The notes beneath the pieces are model-generated. The model was not told where the DNA came from. It saw only the letters and a list, made by a program, of their open reading frames with translations, and ran no database searches. A DNA stretch of 52,063 bases, the filler included, from Circinaria calcarea (Eukaryota), in NCBI GenBank assembly GCA_051942165.1. It is 3 parts of 3 records of this genome, joined end to end, with 100 filler letters (N's around TTAATTAATTAA, not from the genome) between each part and the next. Parts side by side here need not be neighbours in the genome. Positions count along the whole stretch, not along the records: positions 1 to 17,305 come from JAVECS010000275.1; positions 17,406 to 34,692 come from JAVECS010000276.1; 1 more part is not named here. One strand, given 5' to 3'. The translations under genes and the position numbers were made by a program. Shown here piece after piece: positions 12,101 to 22,099 of the stretch (position 1 is its first letter; each line of letters begins with the position of its first letter).

Positions 12101-15100
12101 GCATCGAAGCCGTAAAAGAAGCCCACGATACTTGGACACCAAAGCCGCTTCATATAGGCAGTACAGTGAGCCCGTTGTACTTGCTGAGGTGATTCAATCT
12201 GGAGCCGCCCCTAGCAGTGCTGCTACGAAGGACTCCACGTTGCTTGGCTTGGGCCCATTTGGTACGCAATATACGACCTCTTTTGACATTGTACCGCTGC
12301 CCACAGGAATTGCTTTTCCGTCAAGTACATTCCTGGGCAGTGGGCAGTTCTCTAGAAGTCTCATCGTCACAGGCTCTAGAGATCTCGAATTGTCAACAGA
12401 TCCCATTACCTTTCAACATTGTCACACTACTTTTAATTGGGGGCCATGGACAGATACGGTATCTTCACAGCTTAGTTCTGTCATCGAACAAATACTAAAA
12501 GTTATTCGTAATCTTCAATCTCAAGATCTAGCAGGTCAGGCTTTTGTGACAAACGTTCAGGAGACAGTCTCTCTTCAACAAAATATCATTCACTACTTTG
12601 CAACGGGCTTGAGTTTCCTTGATCCAATTGATCGAACCTCGTGCCTACAGAAATGCACCGGCCTTTTCTCAATGATCACGTGCGAGCTTGATGGTCTATC
12701 TGCAAGATCCGTCGCAGCATCGTCCAAGAGTATTGGTACTGACACTTCAACGATGAAGTACGGTGTTCAAATGTCTACTCGAAACCTTGTGATGATCAAC
12801 CAACTTCGCCAAATAGCCAGGCATGAACTTGTGCATTCAGTTATGAAAGACGAGATACAGTCCCTTGTTGCTACTAGCTCAAGGCAGATACTAAAACTCG
12901 TATTTTCTAAAGGATTTGAAGATGTGCGGAGGTTCCTCCGGAGTTGTAAAGACTTTGCGGATCTTGACTGGGAAGATCAGTACAGAATCGAGTCTACGGT
13001 AGTGATCTATTGTATCGTCAAGGACGATTCTGTCTTAATGGCAACATTCTGGAAAACGATACAAGATTGCGTCATGGAATTTGGCCACGGGCAGCGGCGT
13101 GATGCTCGGGTCCTTGAGCGCATGTGGCTTGATCTTTTAACTCTTTTGCCACTTTTTGAACTTGACGCTCAAGGAGTACTGAAGACTCGGCAACGCTATG
13201 AGGAGCCTTGCGAAAATTGGGCATTCGTGAAACGCCTCGTTGAGCCTGTATTGGAGGTGTACATGCTCGATTCTCATGGCCAAAGTCTGATATATAATTG
13301 CTATTTTCGAGCTATTTCTGGTCGCTGTTTTCGTCTAATTAAAGATTGGGGTTGGCGGAGGTGTGAGGTGATCATTGGGGCTTTCTTTGACTTCTATGCG
13401 CGCAATAATTTGGCACATCTTCAGTACGAAGACTGCCATGGGTCACCCACATTCCTCGAGCATCTCGATGAGAATTCTGTGATTGAACTTGCCAAAGAAG
13501 ATCGCTGTTTCCATATCCTTTTGAAAATTATTGCCGTAGGTCTACGTGCACTGCGAGATCTCTATCCATGGAAGAAAATACGCGATATAGCATGGCGTTT
13601 GATGCCGAACCACGGCCGCAATCATCCGAAAGACGAAGCTGTTCGCCAAGAGGATTTGAACGCTTTACGGAACCATCACGACCTTCTCTGTACTCTTTAC
13701 TGGGCATCTCCACCGGGCTTTCGCCCTCGACTGAGCGTCATCCAGAACCTGGTGGATGTAGGGTCTTCCCACAAAGAAGCATGCCATATCAGCATACGGG
13801 CATGGTCTAATCTTGTCAGGTACCAGATTTCAACCACAGAACCAGTTTCAAGCTTGGATCCGTTTACAGTATGGCATAACGACTTGATCCAGGAGACGTT
13901 GCGTCAACATGGTACTGCTCGAACAGAGGTAGAAGCTCAAGCCAAAGCAGCAGAGTCCGCAGGTGGCCAAACAATTCCCCACGACGTGCGAGAAACTACC
14001 ATAGGGCGAAACCAACAACAAGTCGAATCAGTACTAATTGATGCTCTGGTATCACTACGGAATGCGGTCGATTTGGCTCGAGGTCTAGACGCTGCTCGGA
14101 CTCTGCTTACAGTATCTTTGAGTTCCGTATTTGATCTTTTTGATGCGAAGCAGCCTCGAACTGATTCCGTTATTGTTCACGCCCTTGATGTCCTCATCGC
14201 CTTTAGTAGCAAATTTACACCGCATGAGGTCAATGACGATAGCCAGGACTTTGGAGACTGGTCTGCTTTTGAGGATGACAGTGCACGGCACGCATCAGAA
14301 ATCGCTGGTAGACATATTCAAGAGACCATGCTCAGTCCAATGAGTCGTCTAATGTCAAACTGCTTTGGCGCCGATGTAATGCTGGATGACACACTCCTGC
14401 TCAAGTTAGTCCAAACATGGGTTGCTGTTGCGCAGATTTCCGTCGCCCAAGGAATCAAGTCCTGGAATGACTTTCTCAGCCCGTATGCCCATGACTCCTG
14501 GCTCGCTCTTCGAGACACGGAACAAACACGCAAGTTTACTGCTTACTTCCTCGCTACCTTGATTGAGAAAGAGCACGGCATTTATCGGGAATACAAGACT
14601 ACGTTTATCACTTCTTGGGTTTCGTCACTTCTGGAAAGGGAATCGCTACTGAAATTCCAACACCTACTGACAGAAGCGATACTGAACGCAGACCGTGGCA
14701 ATCCTTTGCTGGCTAATCTCCCTTTCTGGGCCGACACAGCTACAGGGCGTTTTGCCATCTCGGCCCCTGACTTCCGTGAACGGCGTCTATCACTCATCTC
14801 TTGCGTATTGTCCAACATGCGGGAGTCCATGGACTTTAGTACCTACCATAACTTGGACGACGCAGCAACGCAAAGGCATGAATACAGTGATTTGCTTAAG
14901 CGCTTGATGACAATAATGAAGCACAATTACCAGGAGCTGGGGACTGGTTCAAGTGTTAGGGGCGCGTATGTCGACTTTGTGCACGCCGTGGTTGGGTTTC
15001 TGCAACAGCATACTTCGGATATTTGTCCCATTGATCGTTTTTTCACCGACTCATTGGCCTTCCCACTGCCGGCAACGGACCCTACATATGTCGTCGGAAG

Positions 15101-16031
15101 GCTCAGAAACTACCAACTTCGACTCCAAGACTCGAGAACACCAAAGCAGGTTTCAGTGTTTATTCAAACCGTTTCCGAGCGGGCCGCTGTGGATGGGCAG
15201 CAGCGGTATCTGGTAGAGCAATTGCGTACAGCGGTTTCCAACACCAATGAGAAAGGCGATCCAGCCAAACCGACATTACGCTCTTTTGTCCTGCAATCTA
15301 TATTACCTGCCTATATCCAATCTTCTTTTGGTACTACATGCGGATGGCTTCTAGCGGCACCTATCCTGCAGGCTGCTGAGGGGATTTTCAGAGATGTCAT
15401 CCAAGATATCGACGGGACCAGCGAAGCGAGCGTCGACTCTGTTGGGTATTCTATAACCGTGGTGCTTGAGGCGATTCGGAGGTCACTGGGGCTCCTGGTA
15501 GACCATTCCGGTTTATTGGAGCAACCGACCGTGCTGAGGATATTGGGTTTATGCTTCTCAGCCACCGTCGCACTACTCCCAACCTTGAGTTACTTGTCCC
15601 GGCTTCCCCTTTCCCCGCATCGGACAATTCCCTCGATTAGATCTATCAAGTCCTTTGCCCTTTTCGCCGTTGCTATACTATCTGGTAGTGATGACCTTCA
15701 ATCACCGCCTTATGACGAGGATGAGATCAAATTGGCAACTCGCGAAGACCAATTGGCAAAGACTCGGTCATTTACCGCCAATGAACTTCAGGATACGCTC
15801 AGGAAGAACTGGACTCTGCATGACGGCCATTACTATGTCATCAGGGGGAATCTCCGACGGGAGGTAGTGGCCGAGATTGGCAGCTTCGAGGAGGAGAGAG
15901 GGAGCTTCCTAGCAGAAGCTCAAAGGTTCTTCGAGGCCCTATGCTGTTTCCCAGCCTTGGATGATGACGAAAATGATGGACGGGAAAAGCCGCGAAGGCC
16001 ACGGTGGTCTGGGGCGGAGTGCATTTTTTGA
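9153..16031 (+). CDS. MMS22: Mus7/MMS22 family replication-stress DNA repair protein (2292 aa, single ORF)
   Basis: Motifs LRERNPIQLHPYALE, KIRGVLPASWLKLD, IAWRLMPNHGR and LRNHHDLLCTLYWASPP. Long disordered N-terminal half and helical C-terminal half. Confidence 0.9.
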   Translation: MAEWRIRNFVRDSDDDDEEEDGGSQGRQSPAHDAKELTEEGFIDIDGIADFDDLERVTGYPTFPREEGLQTGDVVAGRKAIGKETAKCITTEGDGGKPNDLDGGRIATVLSVQSHHAGYDDNNVDELQQDHPMTSHAAAQLPNKLSKTTEKEALLLDTSSPLQEPIGLSDTLTKSPVFPSSPPVLPSYQLSPVPSSPLSEPPPTPPAARSQEKAISASPVRRRNLGDQRHFTSPKVIIPLSKYSHGQNGVRTVRHNGVAEAVQQRPGRALRERNPIQLHPYALEGELYRQSLKARGLKPVRIVQTQEEEHVETDGYSQLQETSAVEDTCAIGHGKEPTDVLSSSPRSSGHWTDSQQPKELSKPDEDEGEFPDVDTILRQPLSGTLTQGFKRRKTAHTYGRSCQRSREIPKSPLHITTRSPVKEFERQTKCFGSVINIPPSPSLTSSSSPPRTLAPATDGFRYPIGLTSTQLPTPITSSEPKRRPLIQNQHKERPEDVNIESESESEETSAANSSSSEDEEAHQLQKVRRKIRGVLPASWLKLDLKTQSKKPINKTDVVRNIISPARKETYRGVARPITALKDKDGGDWRRAPAAIEISDDSTSDRDVIVRRPDKLLINETVDDLEDNIYTTFHTDLPDIMEDNRIDHMLPPKMRATSGRNKKTSRQTELTRSSKSPRNGNNSLFRKHRGSYAQQSSISDHVTKHSRELHDQLRYCPPRLGILDVMSPDRRGMRTAPPFVRLAIRTVRSRLDAGRDSPSRKFLRLATNQDTAEVQETLRSWRTGSMIPREYVHVTARERTRTPLTANSGNRQLPYERFDSFEKPNVDIRDSSLRKSKFPPIPNVPRKPRKTQTSLRTFLERHNARPSHKPTPKEIPGRVEPVKKTRRLQTQILSSLQDLTHSRPALLESYFEGNENAYAPKGLRSHFASTTHTGNDSKSHNPLLERFLKDSARPAIQIPKVCASAPNGKASISEIRYQLKEDITHRSRKRSPRYLDTKAASYRQYSEPVVLAEVIQSGAAPSSAATKDSTLLGLGPFGTQYTTSFDIVPLPTGIAFPSSTFLGSGQFSRSLIVTGSRDLELSTDPITFQHCHTTFNWGPWTDTVSSQLSSVIEQILKVIRNLQSQDLAGQAFVTNVQETVSLQQNIIHYFATGLSFLDPIDRTSCLQKCTGLFSMITCELDGLSARSVAASSKSIGTDTSTMKYGVQMSTRNLVMINQLRQIARHELVHSVMKDEIQSLVATSSRQILKLVFSKGFEDVRRFLRSCKDFADLDWEDQYRIESTVVIYCIVKDDSVLMATFWKTIQDCVMEFGHGQRRDARVLERMWLDLLTLLPLFELDAQGVLKTRQRYEEPCENWAFVKRLVEPVLEVYMLDSHGQSLIYNCYFRAISGRCFRLIKDWGWRRCEVIIGAFFDFYARNNLAHLQYEDCHGSPTFLEHLDENSVIELAKEDRCFHILLKIIAVGLRALRDLYPWKKIRDIAWRLMPNHGRNHPKDEAVRQEDLNALRNHHDLLCTLYWASPPGFRPRLSVIQNLVDVGSSHKEACHISIRAWSNLVRYQISTTEPVSSLDPFTVWHNDLIQETLRQHGTARTEVEAQAKAAESAGGQTIPHDVRETTIGRNQQQVESVLIDALVSLRNAVDLARGLDAARTLLTVSLSSVFDLFDAKQPRTDSVIVHALDVLIAFSSKFTPHEVNDDSQDFGDWSAFEDDSARHASEIAGRHIQETMLSPMSRLMSNCFGADVMLDDTLLLKLVQTWVAVAQISVAQGIKSWNDFLSPYAHDSWLALRDTEQTRKFTAYFLATLIEKEHGIYREYKTTFITSWVSSLLERESLLKFQHLLTEAILNADRGNPLLANLPFWADTATGRFAISAPDFRERRLSLISCVLSNMRESMDFSTYHNLDDAATQRHEYSDLLKRLMTIMKHNYQELGTGSSVRGAYVDFVHAVVGFLQQHTSDICPIDRFFTDSLAFPLPATDPTYVVGRLRNYQLRLQDSRTPKQVSVFIQTVSERAAVDGQQRYLVEQLRTAVSNTNEKGDPAKPTLRSFVLQSILPAYIQSSFGTTCGWLLAAPILQAAEGIFRDVIQDIDGTSEASVDSVGYSITVVLEAIRRSLGLLVDHSGLLEQPTVLRILGLCFSATVALLPTLSYLSRLPLSPHRTIPSIRSIKSFALFAVAILSGSDDLQSPPYDEDEIKLATREDQLAKTRSFTANELQDTLRKNWTLHDGHYYVIRGNLRREVVAEIGSFEEERGSFLAEAQRFFEALCCFPALDDDENDGREKPRRPRWSGAECIF

Positions 16032-16641
16032 TGCTTCGTTAGCGGCATTGGATGGTGTTTGGGAAAAGAATCTCGGAGTCATTATATAGACGATGACACG
16101 ATAGATACGAAGGCCTCTTTGGTTGAGGAAGGCGTGGAATTGGGAAGTTTCGGGGTCAGGATGGGTATAGTATGGTCGGGGAATGGAAAGGTTCCAACTT
16201 TTCGGATGTAGATGACCAAACATTCCTCTTCAGTTTTGTAGCCCCATGATGTTGTGTGTACTGCCATTATGTAAGATAACTTATGCCTCGATGATTCTCT
16301 TCCCCCTCGATTGCATCAACACTCTACGCAGACTACCTTAACTTAGGGCTGTGACCTCAAGCTTGCCCTCTCTGGGGTAGTGGGCACGGATCGGAAAATC
16401 TGATAGGGGTGATAGATGCGATCCAATCACGCAGCACTCATCGTGCCTTTGGATCCTATGACGCGTTTGGAGGTTACTCATGCACTGTAGTCGGTCTTGC
16501 CGTACTGGAGACGACTGGGAACATCAACGGTTTATGACTTTCTCCACTCTCTCGGCAACACAGAGCGACTTATTCTACAGAGTATAGGAGGACTCTACCG
16601 TCAGTACGTACTCGAACAAGCGCCCAGCCCATACCAATCTC

Positions 16642-17305
16642 ATGCAGGATACTGCCGTAGAAGCTCTCCCCTCTTTGTCCTCCACCTTCCCGATAGCTGC
16701 CGCAGAGACTCCTACCGGAGAGAATCCCGCTTCTCGACGTCGCAGTCGACTGCTCAATCACCGAGGGGGGGCTGCCACCGCGGATACCACCCTCAAGCAG
16801 AATCGCAATGCAGCTGCCCTATCCGCCAGACAAGAAATCCGTACCAACATTCGGGAGGACTGGGAATGGCATGGTATAGGCTCAACGCAGACTTCCCCGT
16901 ACACACGGGTGGAAGCTGACACCGAATGGCGCGAGCGTGACTCCGATTCCTCGTCCGAGTCCAGTTCCCCCAAAACACCTACGATGTCAAGCCCCTACAA
17001 ATATGAAACCCCCGACTCAATCGCAGAAGCTATCGTCACCCGCAAACGCAAGCGTCGACGGCTACAACTCGCCGAGATGAGCTGGAACGATGGGCTGAAG
17101 ATGTATCTCCACCGCCGTGATGCCTGGACAGGCGGCCTCACCCTTCCCCGCACACCCTCCGTCGAGTTTCCCAAATCAATGTCAGGCAACCTCATTCTCC
17201 CATCCGAACAAGCAAAACGTACATCCTATGGCCCCCGCCGTTTATCGAAAAGTCCAGAGACCGCTCCACCCACCGACCTCATCGAGCTCACTCCCCTTCC
17301 ACCCC
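16642..17305 (+). CDS. Conserved fungal protein, Gag1/DUF4050-like; 3' truncated by gap, start uncertain
   Basis: IRTNIREDWEW, PYKYETPDSI and RKRKRRR..EMSWNDGLKMYLHRRDAWTG. The ORF runs into the N linker. Confidence 0.6.
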
Positions 17306-17405
17306 NNNNNNNNNNNNNNNNNNNNNNNNNNNNNNNNNNNNNNNNNNNNTTAATTAATTAANNNNNNNNNNNNNNNNNNNNNNNNNNNNNNNNNNNNNNN
17401 NNNNN
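17306..17405. other. Artificial contig linker (N44-TTAATTAATTAA-N44)
   Basis: Exactly 100 bp. The central 12-mer (17350-17361) places stop codons in all six frames. Confidence 0.98.
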
Positions 17406-18766
17406 TGGGTGCCCAAAATGACAGTCGCAGACATCACGGGAGAGTAACAGTGGATTCTTTGGACTCTATAATTGATTAGCCAATTGCTGTAGAAGGAACG
17501 CAGAGGGTAATATTGACCTTATCAAAGAGAAAGAAAGTCAAAGGAATAGTGGGGTTTTGTTTAATTATGTGCCCCGCCGACGCCGGCATCGGCAAGCTCC
17601 CGCCTGACAGGGCTGAGATGCAGCCTGACTCCGTTCCCCCTCTAGATACCTTATCTCCTGCAGAACCGATCTCCTTTCCAACGACATGATAATATAAAAG
17701 TACAAATTCCCCGAGAACATATCCAGAATTGCAATTGCGACGATGTTGAGCCTAAAGTTGACACAACCAGTTGAAGTTTAACTCAAAGCTATGAGGAGCT
17801 AACAGAACAAGCTCCCCTTTACTTGAATTGTGGTTACGACAAGGATCCTAAAGTAACTGATCTCGTACTTCAGTAAGCCTGATCTCTGCATCATATCAAG
17901 GGCAAAGAGTCCCGATATCAGCTTCTATACAATAGTGCACACATGTACGAATGGTAGCCGCTTGCTATATTCTAGTTCTATGCCATACCGTCGTGGCTCT
18001 CATCGCCGGCCTGTGTAAAAAATCAATGCATGCCTCTATTCTATATATGCCAAAACCAGCAAATGCAGCCATGCCCCTACCTGTTACCCACGCAGAGCTC
18101 CATCATTCTTGAACAACAATCCCTTAATTCTCCTGTTACAGTCTCGAAACCCAAATAGATTGCATGACCACCGACTTTCAACCTCTACAAACACGCATAC
18201 CAAAAGTTATCTTCTGCTTTGGACTTCCGCATCCGCATCCCTAGCCATCAGGTGCTTGGTAAAGTCCTGTAAAAACATATTTCTTGCTGCCAAGTCTCCC
18301 AAGCTCCGTGGACGAGTACGTCCGGACTTCACGCCTATTGGCTTGGGCGCCGGTTGAGGTGCCTCCACCAATTGGTTTGAAGAGCAAAGCTGAGACCTCT
18401 ATAAGCCTTGGAAGATCTTTCAACGGTAATAGCCTTAGCCAAACCTCGACCGCAAGGTTGTCAGCCTCCATTAGCGTCTTATCAAGTCAAGCGAGGCGGG
18501 TTTGGCTTCAGTCTGCTCCAAGCCTGGAGTCGTGACATCCAACATCAATCAAGTGTGTCACTTTATTAGCAATACACTCGACTCTGCTTATCCATTAGGA
18601 CTCAACCCTACCAGCGAAAAATCGCACGGACCGGATGCCAGAACAACACGTTATCAAGGACATCCACTTTCTTTGATTATCTGTCTCCAATTATCATTGT
18701 CCTCTCCACAAGAATCTTCCCCACTTAAAATCATTAAGGTTCAAGTAAAAATTCGTCAATTGTAAC

Positions 18767-19251
18767 ATGTCTTCCGAACTCCCTATCTTCACCTCCTCTC
18801 CCTCCGACCAACCACTCTTCGAGCCAACCACCTCCCCCACAGACGGCAACAATGCCAATACGAATTCCAACCCCATCCACAACGACACCGAACCCTTCAC
18901 GTCCGGCCTGCCGTACCCATACGAGCGAAAGACTGCGGCATAGGCTGCTCATACTATCTCGACCACGAGGCGCGAAAGACTTCCTGGCTCGACCCTCTCA
19001 AGCTCGCCGGACTGAAGACTAAGGGCGTCCTAACGGTTGATGGTGGAACAGTACGGGACGAAAATGGACAAGCGATGTTCGCCGAAGACGAATGGATCCT
19101 GCCTGCTGTCGCCGAAGGTCCGAATCAAGGGCAGGAGTACTGGGTGGATTATTGACGCGACGAGGTGGACTGGGTCGGACCGGAGGATAAAAGGATCGCG
19201 AGGGCGGCGGCGGCGAAGAGGAAGGCGGAGCGGGAGGGCTTGGGGATGTGA
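18767..19251 (+). pseudogene. Small tandem WW-domain protein, disrupted
   Basis: ATG at 18767 leads to GLPYPYERKTAA* (TAG 18941). After a frameshift the sequence reads GCSYYLDHEARKTSWLDP (WW signature). A second WW-like repeat EWILP..GQEYWVDY*RDEVDWVGP has an in-frame TGA at 19153. Terminal TGA at 19249-19251. Confidence 0.65.
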
Positions 19252-19783
19252 AAGGAGAGGCGAGGGTGGGCTTACAGAGTACAGACAGCTCTGGCTAGAA
19301 CACACTAGGGTGGTACTTTATGGCACGGAGCATTTTTGCGTGAGAAACCCGGGGCCAAAATAAGGATATCTATCAAAGGTACCGGATATCTATATTAGAA
19401 TATTCAATAATTATCATAAGGAATTATAATAAAATTAATACGAATCGCATAATGATCTATATATTCTATAAAGAGGAAGAATAATATGGGCATAACCCCG
19501 ATACATCGTATTCCCAGTGACAGTAGTATTCGCGCATACAACATGGGTAGTGGACGCCTATTGGACCCTGAACGCTCGAAGTGAGCCGTGTGTGAGCTAA
19601 GCCATAGTAGCTTGAATCGAAATAGCATGGTGCTGATGCGTAACATCACTAAGCATTCTAAACTCACGCGGTATTCTCTCTTACTCTCGCTTCCTTCTAG
19701 CCCTTCTTAATCATCGTCATTAGAATTTTCACGCAACTCTCCAATGCCCAGCCCAAGCCTTTGCATTCCCCACTGCATCCCTC

Positions 19784-21203
19784 TTACTTCCCGTCTCCGT
19801 TCTCGCCCAGCTCGATATCATGACCAGTTTCTCGATACGATGATACGGATAGGGTGGGGGCATGTAGACGATCCAGCGAGGAGTTCGGAGGTAGGGCGGC
19901 CCCAGCGTTGGAGGAACCCTTGGAAATCCTTGCTTTGCTGCCGAGACGGAGTCGAGACTTGAGGGAGGAGAGGAGGGGGACTTTAGCGTAGAAGTGCGTG
20001 CAGAAGGTGGAAAAGGCAGGCATGCTGCTGCAGAATATGGCGACGCTTACTTCGACAACTCTAGACGAGCGTGAGTTCTGCGGTTAGTGCTGTGGGAGTG
20101 GATCTGACTTACTCCAGGATGTTTACTTTGTTCGTGTTCCAGGTACCATCCCCGCGGATCCAGAGTCTGACTCGGTATATCAAGAATAAGATGCTCGCTA
20201 TACACGCCCTGTGGACGATATTAGCACGCCGTGCGTTATTGGAGACAAATAGAAGTGGAATCACTGACAGGAACCCCGTCATGAAAATGGCCAGGATTCC
20301 GATTTTTTTCCTCCTAGGCAAGTTCAACGCCCACACCGACGGTAAAGGTAGGAGTAACATGTAGAAATCTACAAGCACGTTCAGGACACCTTGAATAGGG
20401 GCAAAAATTTCCACCTTCGTGCACCTCGTAGAGAGAGAAAGATCGTTCCAAGGTAGACCATCCCTTGGAGTGCATAAGATACCGGCCAGGATCCCGTTGG
20501 TAGAATAAAGCAGAAAAGTAAATGTGATACCGGTATATACCATGATTCTCACTCTGCGAATAGGATGGAAAACGTGCAGGATGAGAAGAAAAAGTGAGAG
20601 TTTGGCGAGGAACATAGCTGGACCATATAGTTGCTCCGCCGCGAAGAGCATCTTTGCCAGATCGCAAGTCAGTCTTATTCCTCCCTGCTAGCACGCTTAT
20701 CGGATGACTTACTTTGAAAAAAGTTGAGGTGAAGGTGACTGCAGGAACGTCCCACTGATGTCGGCCATATCCATAGACAGTTACTGTTACATAATAAGAT
20801 CTAAGGCAAAATAGGGATAGGATAGGCAACTTACACCTCATATTTATAATACTTAAAAAGGTTAATGTTATCTTGTTTTTCTGTCGTTAGATGCATTACC
20901 AAGCGCGTTTAAGCTGCTCACCATTGCCATCATACAGAAATCTGTTAATTAGTCAGCTGAAGTGTCTTGCCCAGGTAATAGCTCTCTGGAGGATTGCTGC
21001 TTACAGTCGTCTGCACTCAAAGAATGCGTCATAAGCCATAATTTTGTATACACTCGTCCCGACACAAAGACTGCCACTAGGATTATACATAACACACCGA
21101 CAACGAGCATTGCGCCAGCTTCATTTGGTGGATTCACATAATTGGAGATGACTCCCGGTGGAGGCTCCATAGCAGGAACGAGGGCTGGGTTGGACATGTT
21201 CAT
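19784..21203 (-). CDS. PTH11-like / fungal rhodopsin-domain integral membrane protein (SAT4-type)
   Basis: PAMEPPPGVISNYVNPPN, GRVYTK..LSADD, YGYGRHQWDV, LAKLSLFLLILHVF, NVLVDFYMLLLPLPSVWALNLPRRKKIGILAIFMTG and VAIFCSSMPA. Multi-exon, including exons of about 20 and 37 nt. Confidence 0.88.
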
Positions 21204-22099
21204 ACAGTCGGTGTGAAATACGAATATTATCCACCGTGAAGGCTCAGGATGAAAGACTGCTCCATGTAATATTCTAGGCCCTTAGAAACGAAGAGTTTGT
21301 TTGTTTGTACGACGATGCCCGCGTATGACAGCTCTTAAAGGCTGCGAGATATGACGCTCTGAAGAAGGTTGAAAGACAGCCATACCTTCGATCGACCACA
21401 TGAAGCAGTACTCCATACATTTAGCTAAGCCGCAATACGGCTCAGCGTATCTTAAACTGGAATTGGAATAATGTCAGCCTGCTCGAGGGAAGAGAAAAGA
21501 TAAGAAGTATGCGTCATATCACTGCGTCGATGCACCTTGAGTGTGTGCTTACAGGGTCGGCTAAGTCGACGAACCTTGCGATTGCATGGAATGAGGATGG
21601 GCGAAGGTTCCACATGTGCTAACGGTTAAATGGAGCTTAACGTCGTACATGGATTCCATGACTTGGCATGCAAGGCGAAAATAAGGCAACAGCAACTTCA
21701 AACAGTCGCAGTACACTTCTGCAGATGCAGGGGCTTGGATACAGTGATGCATATGACGTGGGAATCGTGTCAAAGCGTGCTGCTTATACAGAGTAAAGGG
21801 TATCCAATTGTTGGTTTTCATAATAAAGGTGGCTTTTGTCGATCCCTACATGCATTAAAAATTTAAGGCTGGAAAGAACAGCCTTGCAGTGAGCAACATT
21901 TCAAAGAATTTGACGAAATTAAACCTTAACCCAGTCGTATTTCTTATAGCACTTGTATAGGGACATTATGAACCAAACACAGAAAATTGGGGTGTTGGGC
22001 TTAAATGGGAAGGCTTCTCTTATCAAATAATATATTTGCTAAATTATGTAAGAGCATTAAACAATATCAAAGTACTTCTTGTACGATTACGCTAGTATT

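Noticed and set aside
17350..17361. Perfect palindrome TTAATTAATTAA (also at 34737-34748)
   Set aside because: Synthetic six-frame stop linker inside N runs, not biological.
17576..17645. Near-perfect 18-bp palindrome, a second hairpin and a CTAG, resembling a Helitron 3' end
   Set aside because: CTAG is followed by A rather than T, there is no matching 5' end or second copy, and it could arise by chance in GC-rich sequence.
18241..18535. Possible gene remnant (MEADNLAVEVWLRLL...)
   Set aside because: Stops upstream and no recognisable family. It cannot be supported without a search.
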